Below, piece by piece: positions 10,339 to 20,300 of a stretch of 64,000 bases of DNA; positions within the stretch are counted from its first letter, which is position 1; every line of letters starts with the position of its first letter. The position numbers and the translations under genes were made by a program. Origin of the DNA: Bacteroidales bacterium (GTDB taxonomy: Bacteria; Bacteroidota; Bacteroidia; Bacteroidales; UBA12077); NCBI GenBank assembly GCA_028282585.1, contig JANQHR010000047.1, forward strand, positions 84,732 through 148,731, given 5' to 3'. The notes under the pieces are model-generated. The model worked only from the letters and a program-made list of their open reading frames with translations. It had not been told where the DNA came from and searched no databases.

Positions 10339-10395
10339 TTTGCATATATTGAGCATATGCTTATTTTTGTTATTAAAATAATGAGCTTATGCCCA
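10339..10395 (+). promoter_or_regulatory. Promoter (-33 TTTG, -7 TATTTTTG) with two near-palindromic 14-bp operator-like boxes
   Basis: TTTG at 10339-10342 and TATTTTTG at 10362-10369 (19-nt spacer). Boxes are TGAGCATATGCTTA at 10350-10363 and TGAGCTTATGCCCA at 10382-10395. Confidence 0.65.
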
Positions 10396-10688
10396 GAAAG
10401 AAATGTATTCGCCAGGTAGGTGGAAGTCCAAATATAACTTATTATAAGCCTGCCGGTATTCCAATGCGAAATTTAACAGAAGTGATTATTCACTTAGATG
10501 AAATTGAGGCAATTAAACTCGCTGATTTTGAAAAGAATTATCAGGAAGATGCAGCAAAAAAAATGAATATATCACGACAAACATTTGGTCGAATTATTGA
10601 ATCTGCTCGCAAAAAAATAGCAGACGCTTTATTAAATGGTAAAGCTATCAGAATTGAAGGTGGGAATGTAGAAGTAAAGAAAGTTTAG
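10389..10688 (+). CDS. DUF134 (UPF0251) family predicted DNA-binding protein
   Basis: MPRKKCIR..YYKPAGIP...DEIEAIKLAD...QEDAAKKMNISRQTFGRIIESARKKIADAL is typical of DUF134 and contains an HTH. Confidence 0.9.
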   Translation: MPRKKCIRQVGGSPNITYYKPAGIPMRNLTEVIIHLDEIEAIKLADFEKNYQEDAAKKMNISRQTFGRIIESARKKIADALLNGKAIRIEGGNVEVKKV

Positions 10689-10797
10689 TAAATCTGGTTA
10701 AATCAGTAAGGATTAATAAAAGATCAGCATAAATTAAAAAGATTAGAAAACGCTACGAAGTAGTACTTTATTTAATAATAATTTAAAATAATTGAAC

Positions 10798-11154
10798 ATG
10801 AAAATAGCTGTTCCAACAAAAGAAAACAATGTTGATAGTCATTTCGGACATTGTGAATTTTATACTATTTATTCTATTAAAGAGAATAAAGTTGTTGAAA
10901 AAGAAGTCTTAGAATCACCTCAGGGGTGTGGCTGTAAATCAAACATTGCTAGTGTGTTACAGCAAAAAGGAGTAAATCGGATGCTTGCAGGAAATATGGG
11001 GGCAGGGGCGTTAAGTAAACTAAATGCTTTTGGAATTGAAGTAATCAGAGGTTGTGATGGAAATGTTGATAATATTGTTGAAAAGTATCTAAACGGAGAA
11101 ATAAAAGATTCGGGAGAGTCGTGTGCAAATCATCACCATCATCACGGACATTAA
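10798..11154 (+). CDS. NifB/NifX family Fe-Mo cofactor-binding-like protein with His-rich tail
   Basis: MKIAVP...VDSHFGHCEFY, GCGCK, GNMGAGA and C-terminal CANHHHHHGH. ATG 10798 preferred over TTG 10792. Confidence 0.85.
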   Translation: MKIAVPTKENNVDSHFGHCEFYTIYSIKENKVVEKEVLESPQGCGCKSNIASVLQQKGVNRMLAGNMGAGALSKLNAFGIEVIRGCDGNVDNIVEKYLNGEIKDSGESCANHHHHHGH

Positions 11155-11157
11155 AAG

Positions 11158-11183
11158 AAAAAGCCGCAAATAGCGGCTTTTTT
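11158..11183. terminator. Bidirectional rho-independent terminator
   Basis: AAAAAGCCGC-AAATA-GCGGCTTTTT between convergent genes. Confidence 0.85.
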
Positions 11184-11187
11184 ATCT

Positions 11188-11568
11188 TTATTGTAAGTGT
11201 TTAAAATTCAGTCCATATAGAATAATAAATAATAAAGCAAATACAAGCGCCATAATGCTCCATCCAAATGCAACGATTAAAATTTGAGCTGCTACATAAA
11301 GGTAGAAACCCATTTTCTTTAATTGCCACATCATAACAGCACCGTATAGAGAAGCGGCACTGAATATTGTCATTAAGATTGGTTTTAGCATTCCAGCTTC
11401 GGTAGTTACGCCACCGTAATTTGATAAGAAGCTGTTCATGGCTCCAAGCCCAAAAATTCCTAATAGACTAAATAAAACACCAAGTCCACTGCCGATAAAA
11501 GTTAAGATGCATAAAACAGTTAAGAAACCAGGTCTTTTAGCCGTAGTTTGTACATTTTGTTCTTCCAT
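11188..11568 (-). CDS. Small hypothetical membrane protein (about 4 TM)
   Basis: KRPGFLTVLCILTFIGS followed by hydrophobic segments. Confidence 0.75.
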   Translation of the reverse strand: MEEQNVQTTAKRPGFLTVLCILTFIGSGLGVLFSLLGIFGLGAMNSFLSNYGGVTTEAGMLKPILMTIFSAASLYGAVMMWQLKKMGFYLYVAAQILIVAFGWSIMALVFALLFIILYGLNFKHLQ

Positions 11569-11774
11569 AATAAAAATATTTGAGTTTATAATTCTAGATT
11601 AAATATAAAAAAAAAGTGTATAACTAACTAACATTAATTTTAATTAATATGGTTCATCAGTTATAAATAACATTATGTTGATAAAATGTTAATATAACTA
11701 GAAAAAAACATTGGTAAATAATTGGAAATTAGGATATATATAATTAATATTGGTTGTTTTTTACAAACTGAGGA

Positions 11775-12200
11775 ATGGAACTATATAAATCAATTATCGA
11801 AAAGAATACTGTAAATGACCTAAGCCATAATTACAGTATATTGGTTGTTGAAGATGATGATGTTAGTTATATGCTTCTCAACGAGATACTATCTTCCTAT
11901 CCTGTAAAGTTGTTCAGAGCTTATGATGGCGTTGAAGCAATAGAAAACTTTAATAAAAGTGATTCAGCTTATGATTTGGTTTTAATGGATATCCGTTTAC
12001 CGAAATTAAATGGATATGAGGCTACACAAAAAATAAAGAAAATTAATCCAACAGTTCCGATAATAGCTGTTACTGCATATGCACATTCACAAGGAATTAC
12101 AGATTGTTATGATTCAGGATGTGACGATTTTATTGCAAAACCATTTGATATTAATAAGATCGTAAGAATGGTTGAGCATTATTTAGTGCTTAGAAATTAG
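11775..12200 (+). CDS. Single-domain (CheY-like) response regulator
   Basis: ILVVEDD, LVLMDIRLP (phospho-acceptor Asp), AVTAYA and FIAKPF; no output domain. Confidence 0.9.
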   Translation: MELYKSIIEKNTVNDLSHNYSILVVEDDDVSYMLLNEILSSYPVKLFRAYDGVEAIENFNKSDSAYDLVLMDIRLPKLNGYEATQKIKKINPTVPIIAVTAYAHSQGITDCYDSGCDDFIAKPFDINKIVRMVEHYLVLRN

Positions 12201-12312
12201 AATATTACTACCCTTTTTAACATCTATTCTATAACATAAAATTTATTTTTTATTCATTGCATAATTCTCTAATTTTGGAAAATTGTTTTGAAATATAATT
12301 AAATTATACATC

Positions 12313-13593
12313 ATGAATAGAGATACAGAAATATTTGACTTAATTCAAAAAGAAAAAGAACGACAAATAAATGGTATAGAACTTATTGCTTCTGAAAACT
12401 TTGTAAGTGAACAAGTACTCGAAGCAATGGGGTCTGTAATGACTAATAAATATGCAGAAGGTTATCCGGGAAAAAGATATTACGGAGGTTGTGAGATAGT
12501 TGATCAATCTGAGGATTTAGCTCGGGAAAGATTGAAACAACTTTATGATGCTGAATGGGTTAATGTACAGCCTCATTCAGGAGCGCAAGCTAATGCTGCT
12601 GTTTTTATGACAATTTTAAATCCGGGAGATACATTTTTAGGATTAGATTTAGCACACGGAGGCCACTTGTCTCATGGTTCTCCCGTAAACTTATCCGGTA
12701 TTCTTTACAGGGCTGTATCTTATGGAGTTAAAGAAGAAACCGGAATGGTTGATTATGATATGATGGAAGAAGTTGCTCTTAAAGAAAAGCCTAAAATGAT
12801 TGTTGGTGGAGCATCTGCTTATTCTCGAGAGTGGGATTATAAAAGAATGAGAGAGATAGCTGATAAAATTGGAGCAATTTTAATGATTGATATGGCGCAT
12901 CCTGCTGGTTTAATTGCTGCTGGTTTATTAGATAATCCATTGAAATACGCACATGTTGTTACTTCTACTACCCATAAAACATTGCGCGGACCAAGAGGAG
13001 GCATTATTTTAATGGGTAAAGATTTTGAGAACCCATTTGGAAAAACTACTCCAAAAGGTGTAATAAGAAAAATGTCTTCATTATTTGATTCGGGAGTGTT
13101 CCCGGGAACACAAGGTGGACCGCTTGAACACGTAATTGCTTCAAAAGCTGTTGCTTTTGGTGAAGCGTTAGCTCCTGAGTTTAAAGTTTATCAAAGCCAG
13201 GTAAAAAAGAATGCAGCTGTAATGGCTCAAGAATTTATCAATAAAGGTTATAAGGTAATTTCAGGAGGAACTGATAATCACTCAATGTTAATTGATTTAA
13301 GAACTAAATTTCCTGAAATTACAGGTAAGGTAGTTGAAAACACATTAGTAAAAGCACATATTACTATTAATAAAAATATGGTTCCCTTTGATTCTCGTTC
13401 ACCATTCCAAACTTCTGGATTTAGGGTTGGTACTTCAGCTATTACAACTAGAGGATTAAAAGATGATAAGATACCGGCAGTTGTTGATTTTGTAGATCAA
13501 GTAATTAGTAATATAGAAGATGAAGGAGTTATTAACGAAGTTGGAAACAAAATAAAAGATATGATGAGTAAATTCCCATTGTTTGCTTATTAA
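12313..13593 (+). CDS. glyA: Serine hydroxymethyltransferase
   Basis: [31 protein letters not shown] and [12 protein letters not shown] (PLP lysine). A -7 box TAATTTTG lies at 12270-12277. Confidence 0.98.
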   Translation: MNRDTEIFDLIQKEKERQINGIELIASENFVSEQVLEAMGSVMTNKYAEGYPGKRYYGGCEIVDQSEDLARERLKQLYDAEWVNVQPHSGAQANAAVFMTILNPGDTFLGLDLAHGGHLSHGSPVNLSGILYRAVSYGVKEETGMVDYDMMEEVALKEKPKMIVGGASAYSREWDYKRMREIADKIGAILMIDMAHPAGLIAAGLLDNPLKYAHVVTSTTHKTLRGPRGGIILMGKDFENPFGKTTPKGVIRKMSSLFDSGVFPGTQGGPLEHVIASKAVAFGEALAPEFKVYQSQVKKNAAVMAQEFINKGYKVISGGTDNHSMLIDLRTKFPEITGKVVENTLVKAHITINKNMVPFDSRSPFQTSGFRVGTSAITTRGLKDDKIPAVVDFVDQVISNIEDEGVINEVGNKIKDMMSKFPLFAY

Positions 13594-13611
13594 AAAAGGA
13601 TAATATGTTTT

Positions 13612-13650
13612 AAAGCTGCCTCCCGATGACTATTGGGATAAGCAGCTTTT
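13612..13650 (+). terminator. Terminator-like hairpin after glyA with an inner palindrome
   Basis: AAAGCTGC...GCAGCTTTT encloses TCCCGAT-GACT-ATTGGGA. Confidence 0.65.
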
Positions 13651-13695
13651 CTTATGGTTTTAATTCTATATTTATAAAAACAAGCAAATCAAACT

Positions 13696-14460
13696 ATGGA
13701 ATGGTATCTTATTTTAGCTGTAATAGGTGTCGGTATTGTGGCCGGATTTATTAATACATTGGCAGGTAGCGGATCTCTTTTAACACTACCATTATTAATG
13801 TTTCTTGGTTTACCACCAAACGTTGCAAACGGAACAAATCGTATTGGAATTTTATTTCAGAGTATTGTTGCAACAAGTCGTTTCAAACAGAAACAAGTAT
13901 TAGATACAAAGGTAGGTCTCTGGTTAGGAATTCCTAGTATATTAGGTGCCATAGCCGGTTCTATATGGGCGGTAAACTTAACTGATGAGATAATGAGAAT
14001 ATTCATCGCGGTTTTATTGATTGTTATGTTTTTTGTTATTTTATATAAGCCGGATGCCTGGATCAAAGGACAAGCAGGTAAGGTAAAAGAGAAACCATCC
14101 ATATTGCAAATTGTTATATTTTTTGGAATTGGTTTGTATGGTGGATTTATTCAGGCAGGTGTTGGTTTTTTCTTACTTGGTGGATTAGTATTAGGTGCTG
14201 GTTATGATCTGGTAAAGGCCAATGCGATAAAAGTTTTTATAACCTTATTATTTACGGTACCAGCTTTGATCATATTTATAGTTAATGATCAGGTGAATTA
14301 CATTTTAGGTTTTGTACTTGCGATTGGAAGTATGCTTGGAGCCTTAATTGGTACTAAAGTTGCAATAAGTTGGGGGCCAAAGTTTGTACGTTATATACTA
14401 CTTATTGCCATTTTTGTTTCTGCCCTTAAACTAATAGGGGTTCTAGACTTTATATTTTAG
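13696..14460 (+). CDS. Sulfite exporter TauE/SafE family protein
   Basis: AGFINTLAGSGSLLTLP, ANGTNR and YGGFIQAGVG motifs; about 8 TM. Confidence 0.9.
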   Translation: MEWYLILAVIGVGIVAGFINTLAGSGSLLTLPLLMFLGLPPNVANGTNRIGILFQSIVATSRFKQKQVLDTKVGLWLGIPSILGAIAGSIWAVNLTDEIMRIFIAVLLIVMFFVILYKPDAWIKGQAGKVKEKPSILQIVIFFGIGLYGGFIQAGVGFFLLGGLVLGAGYDLVKANAIKVFITLLFTVPALIIFIVNDQVNYILGFVLAIGSMLGALIGTKVAISWGPKFVRYILLIAIFVSALKLIGVLDFIF

Positions 14461-14461
14461 T

Positions 14462-15235
14462 TTATGCCGTTTCTTTAAAAAGATTTATTTGCGTATTTCC
14501 TGAGTATGTCGTATTTGCGAGGGAGTTAATTTTTAAAAGAAAAAAATAACCGAATAATAAGAATAAGCTAAGGATAGCTCCAGTGAATATGCAAACCGGA
14601 AGGCTGTACTTCTCATTTTGCGGATGAGAAAAATTAGTAAAGACTAACGGTTTAAGGAACTTTAGATTTTCTTCAAAACTTACTTTTTTAAGATATAATG
14701 AGGCTGCTGTTTCTTCACTAATGATTATGTTGTTATCATTTATATTAAGTTCGGACTGGTTGTTAAGTTTTTTAATTTGATCGTCAAAAAAAGTAACTGT
14801 ATTGCTCAATTGATCTTTTTTATGTTGTATTTTTTCGTTTATAAATGAATTTTTTGAAATGTATTTATCTAATGAACTAACAAATGCATTTATATCTATT
14901 TTGTTACTTGCAATAACGCTAATTTCTATAATTCCTTCTTCAATATTTGTTTCAATAGTGTTAATCGCCATTAGTTGCATTTTGTTATATTCTTCGTTTA
15001 ACCCACTATTTTTTAATTTAGAAGAAAACTCGGAAATACCGTTTAAAATTACGTCTTTATTGATATACGGGGAATAAGCACTTACTTTATATGCAAATTT
15101 ATCTGGCTGTAAATAGTAAACACTAATACCTAATAGAGCCCCTATTATTAATACAAATAGGATAACTTTTATTTTACTTTTTATAAATCGTACTAATTTT
15201 AGGAAAACTTCTATTAAATCTATTTCGTCATTCAT
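14462..15235 (-). CDS. Wzz-like (chain-length determinant-like) membrane protein
   Basis: N-terminal DEIDLIEVF motif, one TM near each end, coiled-coil periplasmic region. Confidence 0.55.
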   Translation of the reverse strand: MNDEIDLIEVFLKLVRFIKSKIKVILFVLIIGALLGISVYYLQPDKFAYKVSAYSPYINKDVILNGISEFSSKLKNSGLNEEYNKMQLMAINTIETNIEEGIIEISVIASNKIDINAFVSSLDKYISKNSFINEKIQHKKDQLSNTVTFFDDQIKKLNNQSELNINDNNIIISEETAASLYLKKVSFEENLKFLKPLVFTNFSHPQNEKYSLPVCIFTGAILSLFLLFGYFFLLKINSLANTTYSGNTQINLFKETA

Positions 15236-15359
15236 TGTTAATTAAATGGTAAATTTATGTACTTATCAGATGTATAATATTTCAATTTGGTTGCTTAAAA
15301 GAACCATTAATTGTTTTTAAATGCCAGAAGGGTAGATTTATAGCATTAAAGAAAGAAAT

Positions 15360-16178
15360 CTATTGTAGTTTAAAGAAATAAGTTATTGTTCCTTTTTGAT
15401 AAGCAGGAGCATCAGGTTTTTTATCAAATTTAGCTTTTAAGGCAGCTCTTTTTGCAGCAGCCAATAAATTGGCATCAAGCGTTGTACTACCTTTTACACC
15501 AGGTACTGCATTGGTTACATTACCATGCTTATCAACCGTAATTTCAACTACAACTTTTCCTTCAATTTGTTGATTATATGCTGGTTTTGGTAGGGATTCT
15601 GGGTTTCTTCCTGCTAAACTGAAGCTTGTGCCGCTTGTTCCCATACTTTCACCACCAACATGATTTTTCGAATCTACTGATCCAGTGGTTGATCCTTGAT
15701 TATTATTGCCTTGTGTTTCTCCTTCGCTAGTATTATTATCATTACTCCTGTCTCGACCTGGAAATAAAGCTCGTTCATTAACTTTTCGTTCCTCTTTTAT
15801 TTCTTCCGGTCTTTCTTCTGTTGGTTTTGGTTTAACTTCTGTTGGTTCTTCCTTTTTTTCTTCTTTTTTGCCTTGTTCTTTTATCGCTGGAGCATCTTCA
15901 TAATCCTGAGTAATATTTCCTTCTTCTGCTGGTGGGGTTGAAGCTTCAGGTTCTGATTCTTCCTGTGCTTGTATGGCTTCCCTTGGTTCTGATTCAGAGT
16001 ATCGCGGTTCAAATTGCCCGGATCCTTCATTGTCGTCGCCAAAATTAATAAGTATTCCTTCTTCTTCGGGTAGCGGAAGAGGAGTAGTGTATCCAAAGAA
16101 CATAAGTATTGCTCCCAAAATTATATGAAAAATTATGGTTCCGATAATACCTTTTCTATGTTCCTGAAAGTAACTCAT
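15360..16178 (-). CDS. tonB: Energy transducer TonB family protein
   Basis: N-terminal TM with His, Glu/Pro-rich spacer and TonB_C domain (EGKVVVEITVDKHGNV); downstream of exbB/exbD. Confidence 0.85.
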   Translation of the reverse strand: MSYFQEHRKGIIGTIIFHIILGAILMFFGYTTPLPLPEEEGILINFGDDNEGSGQFEPRYSESEPREAIQAQEESEPEASTPPAEEGNITQDYEDAPAIKEQGKKEEKKEEPTEVKPKPTEERPEEIKEERKVNERALFPGRDRSNDNNTSEGETQGNNNQGSTTGSVDSKNHVGGESMGTSGTSFSLAGRNPESLPKPAYNQQIEGKVVVEITVDKHGNVTNAVPGVKGSTTLDANLLAAAKRAALKAKFDKKPDAPAYQKGTITYFFKLQ

Positions 16179-16179
16179 A

Positions 16180-16578
16180 TTAATTTGCTTGTGTTGCCAG
16201 AATTAATTTCCACTTATTATCTTTTGCAATATTCATTACACGTACCATTGCATGCACAGGAATATTTTGATCACAATGTAAAGAAATTGTGGGTTCTTCA
16301 ATTCCTTGAGATTGAAATTTATGCAGTAAGATTCCTTCTATATCTTCAAAAGGAACCTGAGTAGTTTCAACATAATAATTTAAATCTTCAGTTATAGATA
16401 TTGTTGTAATTGCACTTGCAGAAGTTTGATGAGAGCTTTTAGGCAATAACAGCTTTAACGCGTTAGGTGCAATTAAGGTTGATGTTACCATAAAGAATAT
16501 AAGCAATAGAAATACAATGTCAGTCATCGACGACATACTAAAATTTGGATTTACCTTACTTCTTCTTTTTAAAGCCAT
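16180..16578 (-). CDS. exbD: Biopolymer transporter ExbD
   Basis: SSMTDIVFLLLIFFMVTS signature. Confidence 0.93.
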   Translation of the reverse strand: MALKRRSKVNPNFSMSSMTDIVFLLLIFFMVTSTLIAPNALKLLLPKSSHQTSASAITTISITEDLNYYVETTQVPFEDIEGILLHKFQSQGIEEPTISLHCDQNIPVHAMVRVMNIAKDNKWKLILATQAN

Positions 16579-16584
16579 AATTAT

Positions 16585-17286
16585 TTACTCTACAGGTTCA
16601 TTTAACAGATCCATGAATTCAGATGTATTAGCTTCTAATTGAAATACAACTTTTTCCACTCTCGCAACTAAAATATTATACGCTAAGTATCCAATAATTC
16701 CAACCATCAGACCGGCAACTGTTGTTACCATTGCTGTATAAATACCATTTGATAACAGGCTAACATCTATATTATTACCCGCATTTGACATATCGTAGAA
16801 AGCGCGAATCATACCCATAACAGTTCCCAAAAAGCCAATCATTGGAGCAGCACCCGAAACTGTCGCTAAGGCAGGCAAATTCTTTTCTAATTTAGAAATC
16901 TCCAAATTACCCACATTTTCAATAGCAGCGTTAATATCATTTAACGGACGACCAATGCGCTGTAATCCTTTTTCAATCATTCTGGCCACCGGACTTTGAG
17001 TTGATTGACATAAAGCCATCGCTGAGTCTATTTTATCGTCATGTATATAATCTTTAATTTTATTCATGAAATTTATATCAGTCTGAGATGCCTTTTTAAT
17101 GGCAAAGTATCTTTCAATAAAAATATAAACTGCGACAATAGATAAAATTATTATAGGAACCATAATCCAACCACCTTTAAATGCAAGTTCCCAAAAATGT
17201 AATTTTAGTTCACCCCCAGTTTCAGCAATATTTGTGTTTGTTGTATCAGTTAAGCTAATTTGCAATAACATGAATAGATTTGTCAT
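16585..17286 (-). CDS. exbB: MotA/TolQ/ExbB proton channel protein
   Basis: AAPMIGFLGTVMGMI and GIYTAMVTTVAGL. A -7 box TAACTTTG lies on the minus strand at 17353-17360. Confidence 0.93.
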   Translation of the reverse strand: MTNLFMLLQISLTDTTNTNIAETGGELKLHFWELAFKGGWIMVPIIILSIVAVYIFIERYFAIKKASQTDINFMNKIKDYIHDDKIDSAMALCQSTQSPVARMIEKGLQRIGRPLNDINAAIENVGNLEISKLEKNLPALATVSGAAPMIGFLGTVMGMIRAFYDMSNAGNNIDVSLLSNGIYTAMVTTVAGLMVGIIGYLAYNILVARVEKVVFQLEANTSEFMDLLNEPVE

Positions 17287-17369
17287 ATTATGATATATTT
17301 AATTTGTTTATTAAACGATTTAAACGAACTAATATTTTAGAATTAAACCATACAAAGTTATAAAAAACA

Positions 17370-20300
17370 TCAATCGTTTTTTTCTTCTTTTTCCTTCCTG
17401 CTAATTTTGTTCCAAAATTTATTCATTAATTCCGAAAATGAACTAAATTCTTCTCTGTAGAAAATGCCAACACCTTGAGTATAAGGAGCATCTTCATATA
17501 TTTGCTTATCGTTAGATTCATTAAATGCTCTTAAACGTAGTTTTCCGCTTTTATTTAATTTTACTTCAATATTAACGTCACCTACTATATTGCTGGCTTG
17601 ATCAACTGTTTGTCCACCATATCCAACATTACCATCAATACTTACCCGGTCATCAAATATTTGGGTAGATAATGCTACTTCAACCTGGTCTCTTGTAATT
17701 TCATCTCCTGGTCTGTAATTTACTCCTAGATCCCATTCATCACTTATTTGAGATAACCAATGGCTTAACTGGTTTGATAGTAATTCGCTAGTTGTTACGG
17801 TTCCTAATCCGGCAGAACCGGTAGAAGCTGAAGAACTTTCCGTATCACTTTGTTCCCTAATAAATGTATTTAATACAAGTAATGAAAGGAACTGTTTATT
17901 AAGTTTTTCTTCCGTATTTATTGCTGTTTGTAATAATGTTTTAGCTTCTTCATCAGCAGTTGGAAGGTCAATGTTAAACCTGATATCAGGATTTAATAAT
18001 CGGTTAGTCAGGAAAATCTGGCAATCAACAGGGATTCTTCTTCGATAATCATCATCAGAATAATAAGAAGTTGTTGAATCGATTAAGGTACTTAATGACG
18101 TTCTTAAACTATAAATTGCTTCAATATCAATATTAGCTACATTAGGTTCTCCACTCCAGACAATACTTCCACCTCTTTCAATTTCAAACTTTTTATTGAT
18201 TACGTTCTGAAGTGTAAACAAATAATCTCCTTCCTCAATATTGAAATCACCATACATTTTAAAATCATTATCTGAATTGATTTCCATCTTAATATCGCCT
18301 TCTCCCTTACTACGTATTATATCGCCAATTTTAGAGTCAAAAATTAATAGTGCCTCAGCATCCGGAGTAACTTCAAGATCAAAATTTAACCTAAAACCAG
18401 AATAATTAAAATTGTATTCAGGTTCATTAGGTTCTACATTTTCTTTTTTGTTAACGAATGTTATAAAGTTTCCATATTCACTATCCTGAAATCTTGTTAA
18501 TGGAATGTTTATTTTGGTATTTTTTTCTGTTTTGGCAGAAATATCTAAAAATGTACTTTCCCTATCACCAGTTATTTTTACAATTCCAGACATAAAAGCT
18601 GTACCAAAAAATGACTCATTATCGTTATTATCGGTATTTAGAGATAAGACATTGTCGGCATCTATTCTGAAATCGAAATCTATATTTTTATTGTTGCCAA
18701 ACTTTACAAAACCATTTGTTGTTCCTTTGTTATTGAAAGGATCAAATACGTCAACATTTTTAAAAACTAATGAGTTGTTTTCAACAAATGCTTCAGTCGT
18801 AAAATTATATCTGGTTTTGATATAATCGATATTCATGGCAGCATCCTGCATATATAAGCTTCCATTAAAAACAGGTTTGTTTAATGTCCCTGTCACAAGA
18901 ACGGTTCCATCGCTTTGACCCGAAATATCCGACGCAAATCCACTTAAATAAGGGTTTAAGACATTTAATCCCAATTTATCTAAAACTATATTGAACATTA
19001 TGTTATTCTCCTCGGGGTAGTAGTTCCCGGAAATATTAATAGTTCTTTGATTGTTACGTAAAGTAGAGGCTTCCAGTTGAATCGCATTGATGCTTTCAAT
19101 CCATCTGCTATATATCTGGGTTTGTCCGAATTCTTCATCATTTAATACAAGGTTGTCAATTTCAATATCTGAATAGAACAACGGATTATTAAAAATACTT
19201 GAAAAGTTAGCTTTTCCGTTTATAATGCCTTCAAAATCTAATTTCTTTTCTTTAGTAATAATATTAAGATGAGATAAGTTTAAGTTTTCGAACTCAAAAA
19301 ATAAAGTATCAACAGGATTTTCAGATACTTTACCATCTATGGCAAAATTTTGATTACCATGATTAATTCTAAATTGATTAAAGAAAATTGAAGTTGTATC
19401 AATATTTATTTGTGATTTGCTGATATACCAAAGAGAATCGCTTACAATAACTTGTGAAGGTAATATGGTGATTCTATAAGACGGATCATCATACGGTACC
19501 TTTTGTTTAATTAGTGTTGATGCAAGAATTTTTCCTTCATAGGCTGTTGTATCGGCATTTTGCCAATCAATTTTCACATCAATATTATTTCTGTGGGTTA
19601 GGGAAGTTGTTTTAAAGTTTTCTAATTCAAAATAGTTATTTAAAAAAAAGCTTTCGCATTTAGTAAATGCTGTAAATATGCTATCATTAGAGAAAGTAGA
19701 TGCGGTTAAATTTGAAAAGGTGTGGTTTTTATATTTTAATTCTTTGGTGAAGGCATTTAAATACAAACTTTTTTCATCGGCATTATAACTTAACTCTATA
19801 TTAGAATTATCTGCCAAATAAACGTTTGGAAGAAAAAAGCTGCTTAACAAGTGAGTCTTTTTTAAATTTAAGTTTAATGAAAAGTGATTGTTGTAATCAA
19901 CCCTTAATGTATCATCAGGATTTTTTACTAAGTTAGGAAGATAATTAAAATAAAGATTTTTAATTGATTGAATTAATGTACTTGATTTGTATGTTCCTAT
20001 AAGCTTAGTATCAATATAATCTGATTTTAGTTCGATTCTATGCGTATCGGCAATATGTTCAGATATAAGCATTAAAGTGTCAAATACCATATCGGTATTT
20101 AATTTTCTTAATTTAGTGTTACTAAATTTTATTTCTCCTACCGCATTATCAATATCAATTCCTTCAAAATTTGCATTAACATTAAACGATAAATTTGCCG
20201 TACTATCTTTGGTGTCAATATTTAAGCCATATAAATCTGTATTTGGAACAGATGCAGTAAAATTGAAACTTGGAATTTCTTTTGAGAAATCAATTCCTCC

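Noticed and set aside
10798-11154. Nitrogen fixation gene cluster
   Set aside because: The NifB/NifX-like domain is widespread in non-diazotrophs, and nifHDK are not in the window.
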